Origin: Fidelibacterota bacterium
GTDB lineage: Bacteria; Fidelibacterota; UBA8477; JABMPR01
Length of the DNA stretch: 56,985 bases
Direction: 5' to 3'
Assembly: GCA_021736185.1 (NCBI GenBank)
Contig: JAIPGJ010000004.1
Span: forward strand, 1-56,985
Shown: piece after piece, positions 39,760 to 49,977 of the stretch
Numbering within the stretch: the first letter of the stretch is position 1
Layout of the letters: each line of letters starts with the position of its first letter
Translations under genes and position numbers: made by a program
Notes under the pieces: generated by a model
The model's database searches: none
What the model saw: only the letters and a program-made list of their open reading frames with translations
What the model was told of the DNA's origin: nothing

Positions 39760-41057
39760 TGACCTGGACTGAGAAATACCGTTCACGAATAGGTTCTGCT
39801 GAGGAGGCCATGAGCCTCATCAAATCGCGGGATTCAATCTATCTGCATGCTGGGGCTGCAACCCCGCAGTTATTGGTTGATGCTTTCAGTAAACGAGCGA
39901 TGGAGCTTGAAGGACTTACCATTAGTCACATTCTCACACTGGGTGAGGCAAAATATGTCGCTCCAGAGATGGCAGGACATGTCCGTCTTAATTCCTTATT
40001 TACAGGTACCAATGTTCGAGAATCTGTGAACACAGGCAGGGCTGACTGGACGCCCATTTTTCTTTCTGAGATTCCAGGTTTATTCAAGAACGGTCATATT
40101 CCGGTTGATGTTGCCCTGATTCATATAAGCCCTCCTGATTCTCATGGTTTTTGTAGCTTTGGAGTCAGCACGGACACAACCATTGCCGCCTGTAAAGCCG
40201 CAAAAATTATTGTTGCCATGGTAAACAGGCAGATGCCCCGGGTCCATGGGGACAATTTCATACATGCTTCAAAATTGGATTTTATCGTTGAGGCAAATGA
40301 ACCCCTTTTTCAGACACCCAAGGCTGATTTGTCCGAACGTCACATGCAAATCGGAAAATATATTGCCAGTCTTATCGAAGATGGCTCAACGCTTCAAATG
40401 GGGATTGGCGCTATTCCTGATGCGACGCTGTTTTATCTCAAAGAGAAACGAAATTTAGGTATCCATACTGAGATGTTCAGTGATGGTGTCGTGGAATTAG
40501 TGGAATCAGGCGTCATTAATGGTGAAGAAAAAACGCTGCATCCCGGCAAGGTGGTTTCCAGTATTGTCATGGGCTCTCAACATGTCTACGATTTTATTGA
40601 TGAAAACCCCTTTATGGAGTTTCATCCCACAGATTATGTGAATGATCCCTATATTATTGCCCAAAACAATAAAATGGTGGCCATTAATTCATCAATAGAA
40701 ATTGATTTGACAGGACAGGTATGTTCCGACTCCATGGGAAGAAGTAATTTTTCGGGTATTGGTGGGCAGGTTGATTTTATGAGGGGCGCTTCCCGGAGCC
40801 CAGGTGGCAAGCCCATCATAGCCATGCCTTCTACTGCTAGAGATGGAACCCAATCGCGTATCGTGTTGGATTTGAAACCGGGCGCGGCTGTGACCACAAG
40901 CAGGGGAGATGTCCACTATATTGTGACTGAGTTTGGCGTTGCCCATCTCCATGGAAAGACATTAAAAGAAAGGGCCAAGGCTCTGATAGCAATTGCTCAT
41001 CCGGATTTCCGAGAGGAATTGGAACGACAATCATTTGAAAGTAAACTGTTACATTAA
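39759..41057 (+). CDS. Acetyl-CoA hydrolase/CoA-transferase (4-hydroxybutyrate CoA-transferase-like)
   Basis: FLSEIP, LQMGIGAIP, LGIHTEMFSDG, SGIGGQVDF.RGA, VTEFG.A.L.GK, IAHPDFRE. Confidence 0.92.
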   Translation: MTWTEKYRSRIGSAEEAMSLIKSRDSIYLHAGAATPQLLVDAFSKRAMELEGLTISHILTLGEAKYVAPEMAGHVRLNSLFTGTNVRESVNTGRADWTPIFLSEIPGLFKNGHIPVDVALIHISPPDSHGFCSFGVSTDTTIAACKAAKIIVAMVNRQMPRVHGDNFIHASKLDFIVEANEPLFQTPKADLSERHMQIGKYIASLIEDGSTLQMGIGAIPDATLFYLKEKRNLGIHTEMFSDGVVELVESGVINGEEKTLHPGKVVSSIVMGSQHVYDFIDENPFMEFHPTDYVNDPYIIAQNNKMVAINSSIEIDLTGQVCSDSMGRSNFSGIGGQVDFMRGASRSPGGKPIIAMPSTARDGTQSRIVLDLKPGAAVTTSRGDVHYIVTEFGVAHLHGKTLKERAKALIAIAHPDFREELERQSFESKLLH

Positions 41058-41092
41058 GATAGTGACACTATGAATCTTAGGAGGTTCTAAAT

Positions 41093-41461
41093 ATGGCTAA
41101 TGCTCGAGGACTTGTTGCAGTCAATGTCGAGGAATGCAAAGGATGCAATTTATGCATCGTAGCATGTCCTGTTGACGTTCTGCACTTAGCAGATAGTTTT
41201 AATACGCATGGTTATAGTCCAGCCGAATATGACGGGGAAGGCTGCACAGGCTGCGGGATCTGCTATTATGCATGTCCCGAACCAGGGGCCATCACTGTGT
41301 ATAAAAATTGGGCAGAAGCTCAAGAAGCTTATATATGCCAAACCAAAAAGGTCCCGAGTCGGTTGACGATTACGGATGCTGTGAAGGGCTTGGCAACATG
41401 TGAAGCTTGTGGGCAGGAAGTCATCCTTAGTAATTTTTCACATCTTAGTTTCGCGGAGTAG
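41093..41461 (+). CDS. 2x[4Fe-4S] ferredoxin (oxidoreductase delta subunit) with C-terminal extension
   Basis: [12 protein letters not shown] and [13 protein letters not shown]. Confidence 0.9.
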   Translation: MANARGLVAVNVEECKGCNLCIVACPVDVLHLADSFNTHGYSPAEYDGEGCTGCGICYYACPEPGAITVYKNWAEAQEAYICQTKKVPSRLTITDAVKGLATCEACGQEVILSNFSHLSFAE

Positions 41462-41464
41462 AGT

Positions 41465-42523
41465 ATGGCCAAACAATTTGTAAAAGGAAATGAAGCGATT
41501 GTCAAGGGAGCCATCCTGGCCGGCTGTCGCGCGTATTACGGTTATCCGATTACACCAGCCAGTGAAATCGCCCATGCGGCTGCTCTCTATATGCCTTTAG
41601 TGGGAGGGACGTTTCTCCAGGCCGAAAGTGAAATAGCAGCCATTAACATGGTCTATGGCGCTGCCGGCACAGGTATCCGTGCCATGACTGCCAGCTCCAG
41701 TCCTGGATTCAGCTTGAAGCAGGAGGGCATGTCCTATCTGGCGGGTGCCGAACTGCCCTGTGTTGTGGTGGATATTATGCGAGGGGGTCCTGGTCTGGGA
41801 AATATTGCACCAGAGCAAAGCGATTATAATCAGGTGGTGAAGGGTGGTGGTCATGGTAACTATAAAAATATCGTCGTGGCTCCCAATTCTGCTCAGGAGA
41901 TGTGTGATCTGACCATGCTGGCCTTTGATCTGGCAGACAAATATCGCAATCCAGCCGTAGTGCTGGCAGATGGATTTATCGGGCAAATGATGGAACCGGT
42001 AGATTTTCCTGATCCAGTGACCGAGTTTGCCGAGAAAAAATGGGCCGTTCGGGGAGTGGATGGAGATCGCATGAATTTGATCAGCTCCATTGAGCTTGAT
42101 CCCGATGATCTGGAGCGTCATAACAAAAAACTGCAGCGCAAATACGAGATCATCCTCAATAACGAGACCCGTTTTGAGGAATATCGTCTGGATGATGCAG
42201 ATTTCATCGTGATGGGTTATGGTATTGTTTCTCGCATGGTCCATACAGCCGTTGATCAGTTACGCATTGAAGGGGTGAAAGTGGGCATGCTGAGACCCAT
42301 CACGCTCATGCCCTTTCCATCAAAACGGATCGCTGAACTGGCCACCCTGGATCACGTGAAGGCCTTTAGCGTCATCGAGCTGAGTAATGGGCAGATGGTA
42401 GATGATGTTCGATTGGCAGTGAATGGTGCAAAACCTGTGGAATTTTATGGTCGCATGGGGGGTAATGTTCCATCTATCCAAGAATTGGTACACGAGATTA
42501 AACGCATGATGAGGGTACTATGA
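41465..42523 (+). CDS. vorB: 2-oxoacid (2-ketoisovalerate-type):ferredoxin oxidoreductase alpha subunit
   Basis: [50 protein letters not shown]. Confidence 0.9.
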   Translation: MAKQFVKGNEAIVKGAILAGCRAYYGYPITPASEIAHAAALYMPLVGGTFLQAESEIAAINMVYGAAGTGIRAMTASSSPGFSLKQEGMSYLAGAELPCVVVDIMRGGPGLGNIAPEQSDYNQVVKGGGHGNYKNIVVAPNSAQEMCDLTMLAFDLADKYRNPAVVLADGFIGQMMEPVDFPDPVTEFAEKKWAVRGVDGDRMNLISSIELDPDDLERHNKKLQRKYEIILNNETRFEEYRLDDADFIVMGYGIVSRMVHTAVDQLRIEGVKVGMLRPITLMPFPSKRIAELATLDHVKAFSVIELSNGQMVDDVRLAVNGAKPVEFYGRMGGNVPSIQELVHEIKRMMRVL

Positions 42524-43953
42524 GCGTCAAAATATTAGGAAAATCAAAGGGCTTCTATGACACCTATGAGCGTCGACCCGGAAGCAATAAAGAGCAGACT
42601 CACTATTGTCCGGGTTGCGGGCATGGTATCCTCCACAAACTGATTGCAGAGGCACTGACGGAGTATGGGGTTGCTGAAAATTGTATTTTTGTAAGTCCGG
42701 TGGGTTGCAGTGTATTTGCTTATTACTACTTCAATGCAGGGAATATCCAAGCCGCGCATGGGCGTGCTCCTGCAGTTGCCACTGGTGTGAAGCGGGCGTT
42801 ACCAGAATCAATCGTTATCTCATATCAGGGTGATGGAGATTTAGCTGCTATCGGTGGCAATGAGATTCTCCATGCCGCCAACCGGGGTGAATCGATTACG
42901 GTTTTCTTCGTCAATAACGCGATTTATGGAATGACCGGGGGCCAGATGGCACCCACCACACTTATCGGTCAAAAAACCACAACCACACCCTATGGTCGGA
43001 CCCTCCAGAACGAGGGCTACCCTATTCGCATGGCTGAAATTATAGCAAGTTTAGAGTCACCTGTATATGTAGAACGGGTGATGCTGGCCGATACCCGCTC
43101 CAAAAATGCTGCGCGCAAAGCGGTGAGGCGGGGCATTAAAAATCAGATCGAAAAGAAGGGCTTTTCGTTTATTGAGGTGCTCTCAACCTGTCCCACGGGT
43201 TGGAAAATGTCAGCCCCCCAGGCTGAGGACTGGATAAAATCAACCCTCGTAAAGAATTTCCCTCTGGGCGTACTCAAGGATATTGCCCTACAGGTTGAGC
43301 CGCTTGATTTAAGTAAGCATCTTGCTGCGCCGGGAAGAGTTTCAAAACTTATTGGCCTGGACGAAGAGAAGGTAAAATTTGACACTTCAGCAATGAAGCT
43401 CAACCCTCAGATTGATCAGGAAATTAAAATTGCAGGATTCGGTGGACAAGGAGTGCTGTCCCTGGGTGTCTGGCTGAGTGAAATTGGTATGAGGGAGGAC
43501 CTCCAAGTCAGTTGGATTCCTTCCTATGGTCCTGAGATGAGAGGGGGGACGGCAAATTGCCATGTTAAATTATCCCGTGACCCAATTGGGTCGCCCCTGG
43601 TTACTCATCCCACTGTACTGATTGCCATGAATCGCCCATCGCTGGAAAAATTTGAAGATGATGTTATTGAGGGGGGCGCTATATTATGGGATGCGTCCCT
43701 GATAGATATCGAGCCCAAAAGAAATGATATTGTAAAAATTCCAATACCAGCTACTGATATCGCAAATGAATTGGGGAATACCAGAATCTCAAATGTGGTG
43801 ATTCTTGGTGTTCTGGCAGGTTTCTCCGATTTTCTTGATCCTTTGGTGGTTCAGAGAGTTCTGCCAATTATCTTTAAGAAGAGACATCTTATAGAGATCA
43901 ATCTGAAAGCCTTTCAGAGAGGTTTGGAACTGGGGAGAGAGCTTTCTCAATAA
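42520..43953 (+). CDS. vorA: 2-oxoacid:ferredoxin oxidoreductase fused beta-gamma subunit
   Basis: [20 protein letters not shown] motif, [14 protein letters not shown]; then AGFGGQG and [12 protein letters not shown]. Confidence 0.88.
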   Translation: MSVKILGKSKGFYDTYERRPGSNKEQTHYCPGCGHGILHKLIAEALTEYGVAENCIFVSPVGCSVFAYYYFNAGNIQAAHGRAPAVATGVKRALPESIVISYQGDGDLAAIGGNEILHAANRGESITVFFVNNAIYGMTGGQMAPTTLIGQKTTTTPYGRTLQNEGYPIRMAEIIASLESPVYVERVMLADTRSKNAARKAVRRGIKNQIEKKGFSFIEVLSTCPTGWKMSAPQAEDWIKSTLVKNFPLGVLKDIALQVEPLDLSKHLAAPGRVSKLIGLDEEKVKFDTSAMKLNPQIDQEIKIAGFGGQGVLSLGVWLSEIGMREDLQVSWIPSYGPEMRGGTANCHVKLSRDPIGSPLVTHPTVLIAMNRPSLEKFEDDVIEGGAILWDASLIDIEPKRNDIVKIPIPATDIANELGNTRISNVVILGVLAGFSDFLDPLVVQRVLPIIFKKRHLIEINLKAFQRGLELGRELSQ

Positions 43954-43984
43954 ATATTATCGTCAAACTATTGGAGGTGTTATC

Positions 43985-44446
43985 ATGACGTATTCCAAAA
44001 TCTTAGTGCCGACTGATTTTTCTGAATCCGCAAAATATGCCCTGCCCTTTGCAGTCGATCTGGCTCAAAAGTATCAGGCAAGCCTCCATGTTTTGCATGT
44101 TGTGGAGCCCATTGTGGCCCCGGTGGATTTTGCCTGGGGGACCTATAGTTACCCTGATATCGAGAAACAGCTCAGTGGGTATGTGGATGAGTCTCTGGCC
44201 AAGATTATTAAAGAGCAAATTCCGGCTGATATCAAAAGTGATTCGACCAATCTTCATGGCAAGCCCTGGCGTGAGATTGTCAGTTTTGCCAAAGAGCAGG
44301 AGATGGACCTCATCGTGATGGCGACTCATGGATTGAGTGGATTCAGTCATGCGATCTATGGATCTACTGCTGAAAAAGTTATCAGGAAAGCTCATTGCCC
44401 GGTGCTTATCATCCGTCACCCCGATGTTAAATTTGAGATGCCTTAG
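43985..44446 (+). CDS. Universal stress protein
   Basis: ILVPTDFS, DLIVMATHG, GSTAEKVIRKAHCPVL. Confidence 0.93.
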   Translation: MTYSKILVPTDFSESAKYALPFAVDLAQKYQASLHVLHVVEPIVAPVDFAWGTYSYPDIEKQLSGYVDESLAKIIKEQIPADIKSDSTNLHGKPWREIVSFAKEQEMDLIVMATHGLSGFSHAIYGSTAEKVIRKAHCPVLIIRHPDVKFEMP

Positions 44447-44709
44447 TCCACAATAATCTCATGCTCCTGACGAAGCTATAACCAGATGACTTCAACGATC
44501 ACTTCAAGCGTGAAACATGAATAGCTTTTCGTAACTGCACTTGATGAGATGCATGTAACTGTCTGACACACAGTATATTATGTCAGTATGCTCATGATGA
44601 ATAAACCCTCGATTGTGAAATTCAAACTCCATTTATTTAGCTGAATTCTATATGGATCTAGAGCAATTCGTTTTAGCATTCAGCCCCCTTTATTCTATCT
44701 TCTTAGATT

Positions 44710-45303
44710 ATGAATGATGTGACAGGAAATGATCAAACGCTCAATCTGATTTCAAGCCTTGCGAATATCTACAGATTAAAAGAGATTCCAAGATCAGGGT
44801 GGCTCCAATCTGGAATCAGCAAAGATGGTGTAGAATCTATTGCTGCCCATAGTTATGGGATGGCCATGCTCATACTCTACCTTCGCCCGGTTTTGCTGTC
44901 CCGGGGAGTGAATGTGGAAAGAGCTCTGAACATGGCTTTGATTCATGATATTGCAGAGTCAATTGTGGGAGATTTGACCCCTGAGGACAAGGTCTCAGAA
45001 GGGGAAAAATATCGGGCTGAGGCGGCGGCATTTAGACAAATTGTGAGCGGCGTTCAAACAGGCGAATATTTTCGAGATCTCTGGGAAGACTTTGAGGATA
45101 ATCAATCCCCTGAAGCTCAAGTAGTAAAGCGCATTGACAAATTAGATATGCTCATTCAAGCATATCTCTATGAAAAGAAATATGGAATTAGACTCGATTC
45201 CTTCTGGGAAAATATGGACGACTTGTTTAAGGAGTCTGAATCTGAGTCAATTTACACCTACATTCAATTGAACAGATTTCAAGTAAAAGGAAATAAAGTA
45301 TGA
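44710..45303 (+). CDS. HD-domain hydrolase (HDDC2/YfbR-like)
   Basis: LKEIPRSGW, ESIAAHS, LIHDIAESIVGDLTP, DKLDM. Confidence 0.88.
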   Translation: MNDVTGNDQTLNLISSLANIYRLKEIPRSGWLQSGISKDGVESIAAHSYGMAMLILYLRPVLLSRGVNVERALNMALIHDIAESIVGDLTPEDKVSEGEKYRAEAAAFRQIVSGVQTGEYFRDLWEDFEDNQSPEAQVVKRIDKLDMLIQAYLYEKKYGIRLDSFWENMDDLFKESESESIYTYIQLNRFQVKGNKV

Positions 45304-46790
45304 GGATGGCTGCACTGGGTAAATTGATACTATTGGCTCTGTTATTAATCAGTCCGGTTCTGGCAGATGAGCATGGAAGCAGTAGCGAACAGCCTGCCAA
45401 TCAGGAAATGCCAAGTAACACAGGGGAAATGCATCAGGCTGCCCAGGCTGAGCATGGCAGCAGTTTGCCGCCGATCTGGCTGGTAGCTCCGTTTATCATT
45501 TTGTTAGCGATGATTGCAACAGGACCTCTTTTCTATCCGCATTTATGGGAGCATCACTACCCCAAAATCGCCATGTCACTGGGTGCTTTCGTGGCTGTCT
45601 ATTACGCATTCCTCATGGATCATGGAGTGCTCAGTCTCCTGCACACTCTGGAGGAGTACATATCCTTTATTGCCTTGCTTACAGCCCTTTTTGTCGCTTC
45701 AGGTGGGATACTTCTCAAATTCAACTCCAGAGGCAAACCATGGGTGAATGGACTCATTCTCTTTGGGGGTGCCATCCTGTCCAATTTTATTGGTACCACA
45801 GGAGCGTCCATGTTGTTGATAAGACCTTTCATGCGCTTGAATGAGGGTCGCTTGAAAGCTTTCCACATCGTCTTCTTTATTTTTATCGTGAGTAACATAG
45901 GAGGGGGTCTTACACCCATTGGTGACCCACCCTTATTTCTGGGTTTCCTGAAGGGGGTTCCTTTTTTCTGGGTGATTGGGCATGTCTGGCATATCTGGCT
46001 GGTTACGGTTTTGGCCGTGATAGGCGTTTTTATGCTTTTCGACAGGCGTATTCCTAGCGGTAACGTTGAACCCAAAGCAGGTAAAACCCTTGAGATCCAC
46101 GGTGGGAAAAACTTTATCTATCTCGGAATTGTGATCATATCAGTTTTTATGGATCCTGCAGTTATTTCTGGATTCCCCAGTTTGCAGGAAATATTCCATG
46201 TCCCCTTTGGGATCAGGGAGGTTATCATGTTTTCTGTGGCTTTCCTTGCTTACAAAACAGGCGACAAGGAAGCCTTGAGGGGGAATGAGTTTAATTTTGA
46301 ACCCATCAAGGAAGTAGCCTATCTGTTCGTGGGGATATTTGCTACCATGATCCCAGCACTCCAGCTCATTGGTGCCTATGCCAGAGAACATGCCGCCGAA
46401 TTTACCGTCACTCGCTTTTACTGGTTCACTGGAGCCCTTTCAGGTGTGCTGGACAATGCACCGACTTATCTGAATTTCCTGGCGGGATCCATGGGCAAAT
46501 TCGGTCTGGATATTGGCTCAATCAGTGATGTTCATGAGTTTGAAATAGGCCTGGCTTCGCCGGTGGCTGGAGATTCAGGTTCAATTATTTACCTCATGGC
46601 GATTTCCGTGGCAGCTGTGTTTTTTGGTGCCATGACCTATATCGGGAATGCTCCAAACTTTATGGTGAAAAATATTGCTGAACAGGCTGGGGTTGATGTG
46701 CCCAGCTTCCTGGGATATGTTTTTAAATATTCCATACCTATCTTGCTACCCATCTTTTTTATCGTGTGGTGGGTATTCTTTAACCTTTAA
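45300..46790 (+). CDS. Ion-transporter superfamily putative Na+/H+ antiporter
   Basis: GTTGASMLLIRP, SNIGGGLTPIGDPPLFLG, LDNAPTY, TYIGNAPNFMV. Confidence 0.85.
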   Translation: MRMAALGKLILLALLLISPVLADEHGSSSEQPANQEMPSNTGEMHQAAQAEHGSSLPPIWLVAPFIILLAMIATGPLFYPHLWEHHYPKIAMSLGAFVAVYYAFLMDHGVLSLLHTLEEYISFIALLTALFVASGGILLKFNSRGKPWVNGLILFGGAILSNFIGTTGASMLLIRPFMRLNEGRLKAFHIVFFIFIVSNIGGGLTPIGDPPLFLGFLKGVPFFWVIGHVWHIWLVTVLAVIGVFMLFDRRIPSGNVEPKAGKTLEIHGGKNFIYLGIVIISVFMDPAVISGFPSLQEIFHVPFGIREVIMFSVAFLAYKTGDKEALRGNEFNFEPIKEVAYLFVGIFATMIPALQLIGAYAREHAAEFTVTRFYWFTGALSGVLDNAPTYLNFLAGSMGKFGLDIGSISDVHEFEIGLASPVAGDSGSIIYLMAISVAAVFFGAMTYIGNAPNFMVKNIAEQAGVDVPSFLGYVFKYSIPILLPIFFIVWWVFFNL

Positions 46791-46813
46791 TATTTTATCT
46801 CAGGAGAATGATC

Positions 46814-47206
46814 ATGAGCAAAACAATCAAGCAGGCTATGGAAGCAAAGGAAGTCGGCTTCCTGATAAAGAACTCGATTTTTCTACCTTTCCAATTTGAA
46901 CTCTTAAGTATTTGGATTGGAAAGGATATGTCCATGATTTCCAAGCCGGATCTCCTCACAGATTTCAGTGGATCGAACCGGGATGTCCATATTCGCGAAG
47001 GGGAGGGTTACACAAATTTAATCTTTCTTGATCACAAAGATTTAAACCATGAGTATGGCAATTACAAAGGGCATATCATCTTATTTTGTACTGAAAAAGG
47101 TGCTGATATTTTTGATAGTCATCAGAGACACTACGTTAAATTATCCTTTCATGATGACACCAATACAGTTTATCTGGAATTAATTGATAATCCTTTCGAG
47201 CTGTAA
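46814..47206 (+). CDS. Hypothetical protein
   Basis: AGGAG RBS; co-oriented in the operon. Confidence 0.7.
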   Translation: MSKTIKQAMEAKEVGFLIKNSIFLPFQFELLSIWIGKDMSMISKPDLLTDFSGSNRDVHIREGEGYTNLIFLDHKDLNHEYGNYKGHIILFCTEKGADIFDSHQRHYVKLSFHDDTNTVYLELIDNPFEL

Positions 47207-47226
47207 CTAACGCTTAAGTTTTGGGC

Positions 47227-48471
47227 ATGGAGCAAACTGAATTCATCGGTGCTGCCGTAACTGGCTACCTGCTTTTTTCTGGCATTCTCCTGGAAATATC
47301 CGGGAAATTTATATCTGCCAGTAGACAACACCAGTTGGCCTTTATCGCCATTATATTGCTGGTCATTGGGATTTTTCCCCAACTCAGATTGCCTCTGGTT
47401 GCACCAGGTATCATTTTCCATCTGGGCATGATGCTCTTTGCACTCCATCTCAGTGCCTATTACTCAGGGACCTCAAAAAATTCAGCCCACATGTATTCCC
47501 TGATACTATATCTGGCTGCCGTGGTGCTGGCTCCCCTTTCGCATACCCTATTTATCGATTGGAGCATCAGCAGATTTTTTATCATGGGTGGTAGCTGGCT
47601 GTTATTACTTGAGATGGAAAAAACGGTTTCTGGAGCTTCCTATTCACTTAAAACCGTCGAGAAAAATTTACTCTGGGTTTGGTTCGTATCGGCCATTATG
47701 GGTGTGTGGGAGGCTCAGGTTCAACTGCTTCCAGATCTATTCTTCCTGCTCATTCTGGTGGTTCACCTGGAAAAACGTTGGCCCAAGATAAGTGTACCTG
47801 CACCCCTTATAGCTCTTTATGGGATGCTGATCGTCTGGTATGTGCATTATATTTTATCGGGAATCCCAGGTCACTTTCTAGCTAAATCTGAGGCCTATCC
47901 ACCCTCAACGACTCAATTAATTATTATTGGTTTGGTCATGGTTGGTCTCTTGATATTTGGACTTCGCCGCAAAAGTATAAGTAAACAATTTTTGTATCTA
48001 TTTCTGGCACAGGAGACGCTGGTTCTGGGGACTGGGCTGGACAATTTCTTTGTGCCCTCTGAGGAGCTGATAGGATTGCAGCGAATCCTGTTATTTGTGT
48101 CTCTGGTAGGTCTTTTTGTGATGATTGAATCGACCGAAAATGAAGGCCTTGATAAATCACATTTAAGTGGTTTGGTATTAGAACGACCCCGGTTTACCAC
48201 GAGCGTCATTCTTGTCTCAGTATTTTTTTCAATATATCCTCTGGTCTATATTGCTGGTGATTCCATTAAAGTAACCTTGATGCTCATTGCCATTGTAGCT
48301 GTTAGTGGGGGATGGACAATCAATCTCATTCGTATTCTATTTACGAGAGTCGATCGTAAATATCGGATTCTCAGACCGTCCCTCTCCATTTGGTCCACGG
48401 TAGTGTTTACTATTTTATGGGCAGCGGTTGTTCTACTGGAAATTGCCAGCAGAAATATTTTAAACGCTTGA
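47227..48471 (+). CDS. Polytopic membrane protein, possibly a degenerate NuoN/MrpD-like subunit
   Basis: Many TM segments; late LSGLVLERPRF resembles the LxGLxxxxP motif of antiporter-like subunits. Confidence 0.6.
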   Translation: MEQTEFIGAAVTGYLLFSGILLEISGKFISASRQHQLAFIAIILLVIGIFPQLRLPLVAPGIIFHLGMMLFALHLSAYYSGTSKNSAHMYSLILYLAAVVLAPLSHTLFIDWSISRFFIMGGSWLLLLEMEKTVSGASYSLKTVEKNLLWVWFVSAIMGVWEAQVQLLPDLFFLLILVVHLEKRWPKISVPAPLIALYGMLIVWYVHYILSGIPGHFLAKSEAYPPSTTQLIIIGLVMVGLLIFGLRRKSISKQFLYLFLAQETLVLGTGLDNFFVPSEELIGLQRILLFVSLVGLFVMIESTENEGLDKSHLSGLVLERPRFTTSVILVSVFFSIYPLVYIAGDSIKVTLMLIAIVAVSGGWTINLIRILFTRVDRKYRILRPSLSIWSTVVFTILWAAVVLLEIASRNILNA

Positions 48472-48496
48472 GGAGAAAATATAGAGGTATGGAACA

Positions 48497-49048
48497 ATGA
48501 GACTCACCAAGATATATACCCGTTCAGGTGACAAAGGCACAACCCGTCTCGCTAATGGAGACGAAGTTCCCAAGGATTCACTGCGCGTCACCGCCTACGG
48601 TGAGGTGGATGAATTGAACAGTATTATCGGTATGGTGTTAACCCAGAATCCTGAAGGAGGTCTGGGAAATATACTTTCCGAGGTCCAACATACTTTATTT
48701 GATCTTGGCGGTGAACTGGCCTCTGCAGGTATGATTGAAGGTCTGGTGAGTGAGCAGCAGGTTTTGGGTTTGGAAAAACATATCGATCAGATGAATAGCT
48801 CGCTTCCCTTTCTGGAAGAATTTATCCTGCCTGGTGGAACGACCCCTGCGGCGACCCTCCACCTAGCCCGGACGGTTTGTCGTAGAGCCGAGCGCAGTAT
48901 CATCACTTTGGCCCACACGGAAACGGTCAGCCCTGAAATCATACAGTATGTGAATCGTCTCTCGGATTTATTGTTCGTCATGGCTCGCTTTGAGAACCAC
49001 CGCAGTGGCAATCAGGAAGTATACTGGAAAAATCCGCGTAAAAAGTAG
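48497..49048 (+). CDS. pduO: ATP:cob(I)alamin adenosyltransferase, PduO type
   Basis: KIYTRSGDKGTT, YGEVDELNS, FILPGG, ARTVCRRAER, YVNRLSDLLF. Confidence 0.93.
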   Translation: MRLTKIYTRSGDKGTTRLANGDEVPKDSLRVTAYGEVDELNSIIGMVLTQNPEGGLGNILSEVQHTLFDLGGELASAGMIEGLVSEQQVLGLEKHIDQMNSSLPFLEEFILPGGTTPAATLHLARTVCRRAERSIITLAHTETVSPEIIQYVNRLSDLLFVMARFENHRSGNQEVYWKNPRKK

Positions 49049-49171
49049 GTAAAGTGATTCAACATCGGGCAGGTATACACCCTCCCTGGGCCTCGCTTTT
49101 CGAATTGCTAAAATATTTGGGAGGGGTTTGGAAGAGATGTTTGAGTATGGCGGTGGAGCGGATCCAATGCC

Positions 49172-49972
49172 TTAGAGGCGATGCTTAAAAAGATTGATCT
49201 CTTCGATTAAACGGGGATGTATCTGGGGATTAGCGGCAATGATATGGCCAACCGTTAAATCCAGCTCCTCACCTTTTGGTCCCGATACGCGACCTCCAGC
49301 CTCGGTAATCAGTAAGGCACCCGCTGCAATATCCCATGGTTTTAAACTGAATTCCCAGACCCCATCCAATCGCCCACAGGCCAACCAGGCCAAATCGATG
49401 GCAGCCGCACCAGCCCGTCTCAATCCCTGGGTTTTACCATAGATGGAAGCCCACAGCTCCATATTGAGTTTGAAATAATCATCATTAAAATATGAGAATC
49501 CTGTGGCTAGCAGTGATTTTCCCAATTCCTTAGTATTGCTCACTGAAATGGGTTCATCATTAAGAAAGGCACCGCAATTTCTGCCGGCCGTGAAGAGTTC
49601 TTTTCGATTTGGATCATAAACTGCAGCTGCAAACAGTTTATTTTCAAACACCACCCCAATGGAGACTGCAAATATTGGGAATCCATGAACAAAGTTGGTG
49701 GTCCCATCCAGAGGATCAATAATCCATTTATAAGGAGAAGCGTTTGACGTTGATTCGCCACCTTCTTCGGCCAATATATCATGCGCGGGATACAGTCGGT
49801 TGATTTCTGATACGATATACTTTTCTGAGGCTTGATCCACCTCCGTTACCATATCACGAGCGCTCTTGTAAGAGATTTGTCTTTCTCTGGCACTCAATGT
49901 GAGAATGAGTTCACCGGCAGACCGGGCCATAGAGCCGGCATCCCTGATCAGCTGCTTATGAAAATCAGTCAT
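49172..49972 (-). CDS. suhB: Inositol monophosphatase
   Basis: VTEVD, AEE, WIIDPLDGTTNF, RRAGAAA.DL, PWDIAAG. Confidence 0.92.
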   Translation of the reverse strand: MTDFHKQLIRDAGSMARSAGELILTLSARERQISYKSARDMVTEVDQASEKYIVSEINRLYPAHDILAEEGGESTSNASPYKWIIDPLDGTTNFVHGFPIFAVSIGVVFENKLFAAAVYDPNRKELFTAGRNCGAFLNDEPISVSNTKELGKSLLATGFSYFNDDYFKLNMELWASIYGKTQGLRRAGAAAIDLAWLACGRLDGVWEFSLKPWDIAAGALLITEAGGRVSGPKGEELDLTVGHIIAANPQIHPRLIEEINLFKHRL

Positions 49973-49977
49973 ATGAA

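Noticed and set aside
41597-42244. 215-aa antisense ORF and the many other short overlapping ORFs in the track
   Set aside because: They are antisense or off-frame shadows of well-supported genes
44461-44560. Canonical hammerhead ribozyme as an annotated feature
   Set aside because: Stem I cannot be formed next to a valid NUH cleavage site, so it is kept only as a finding
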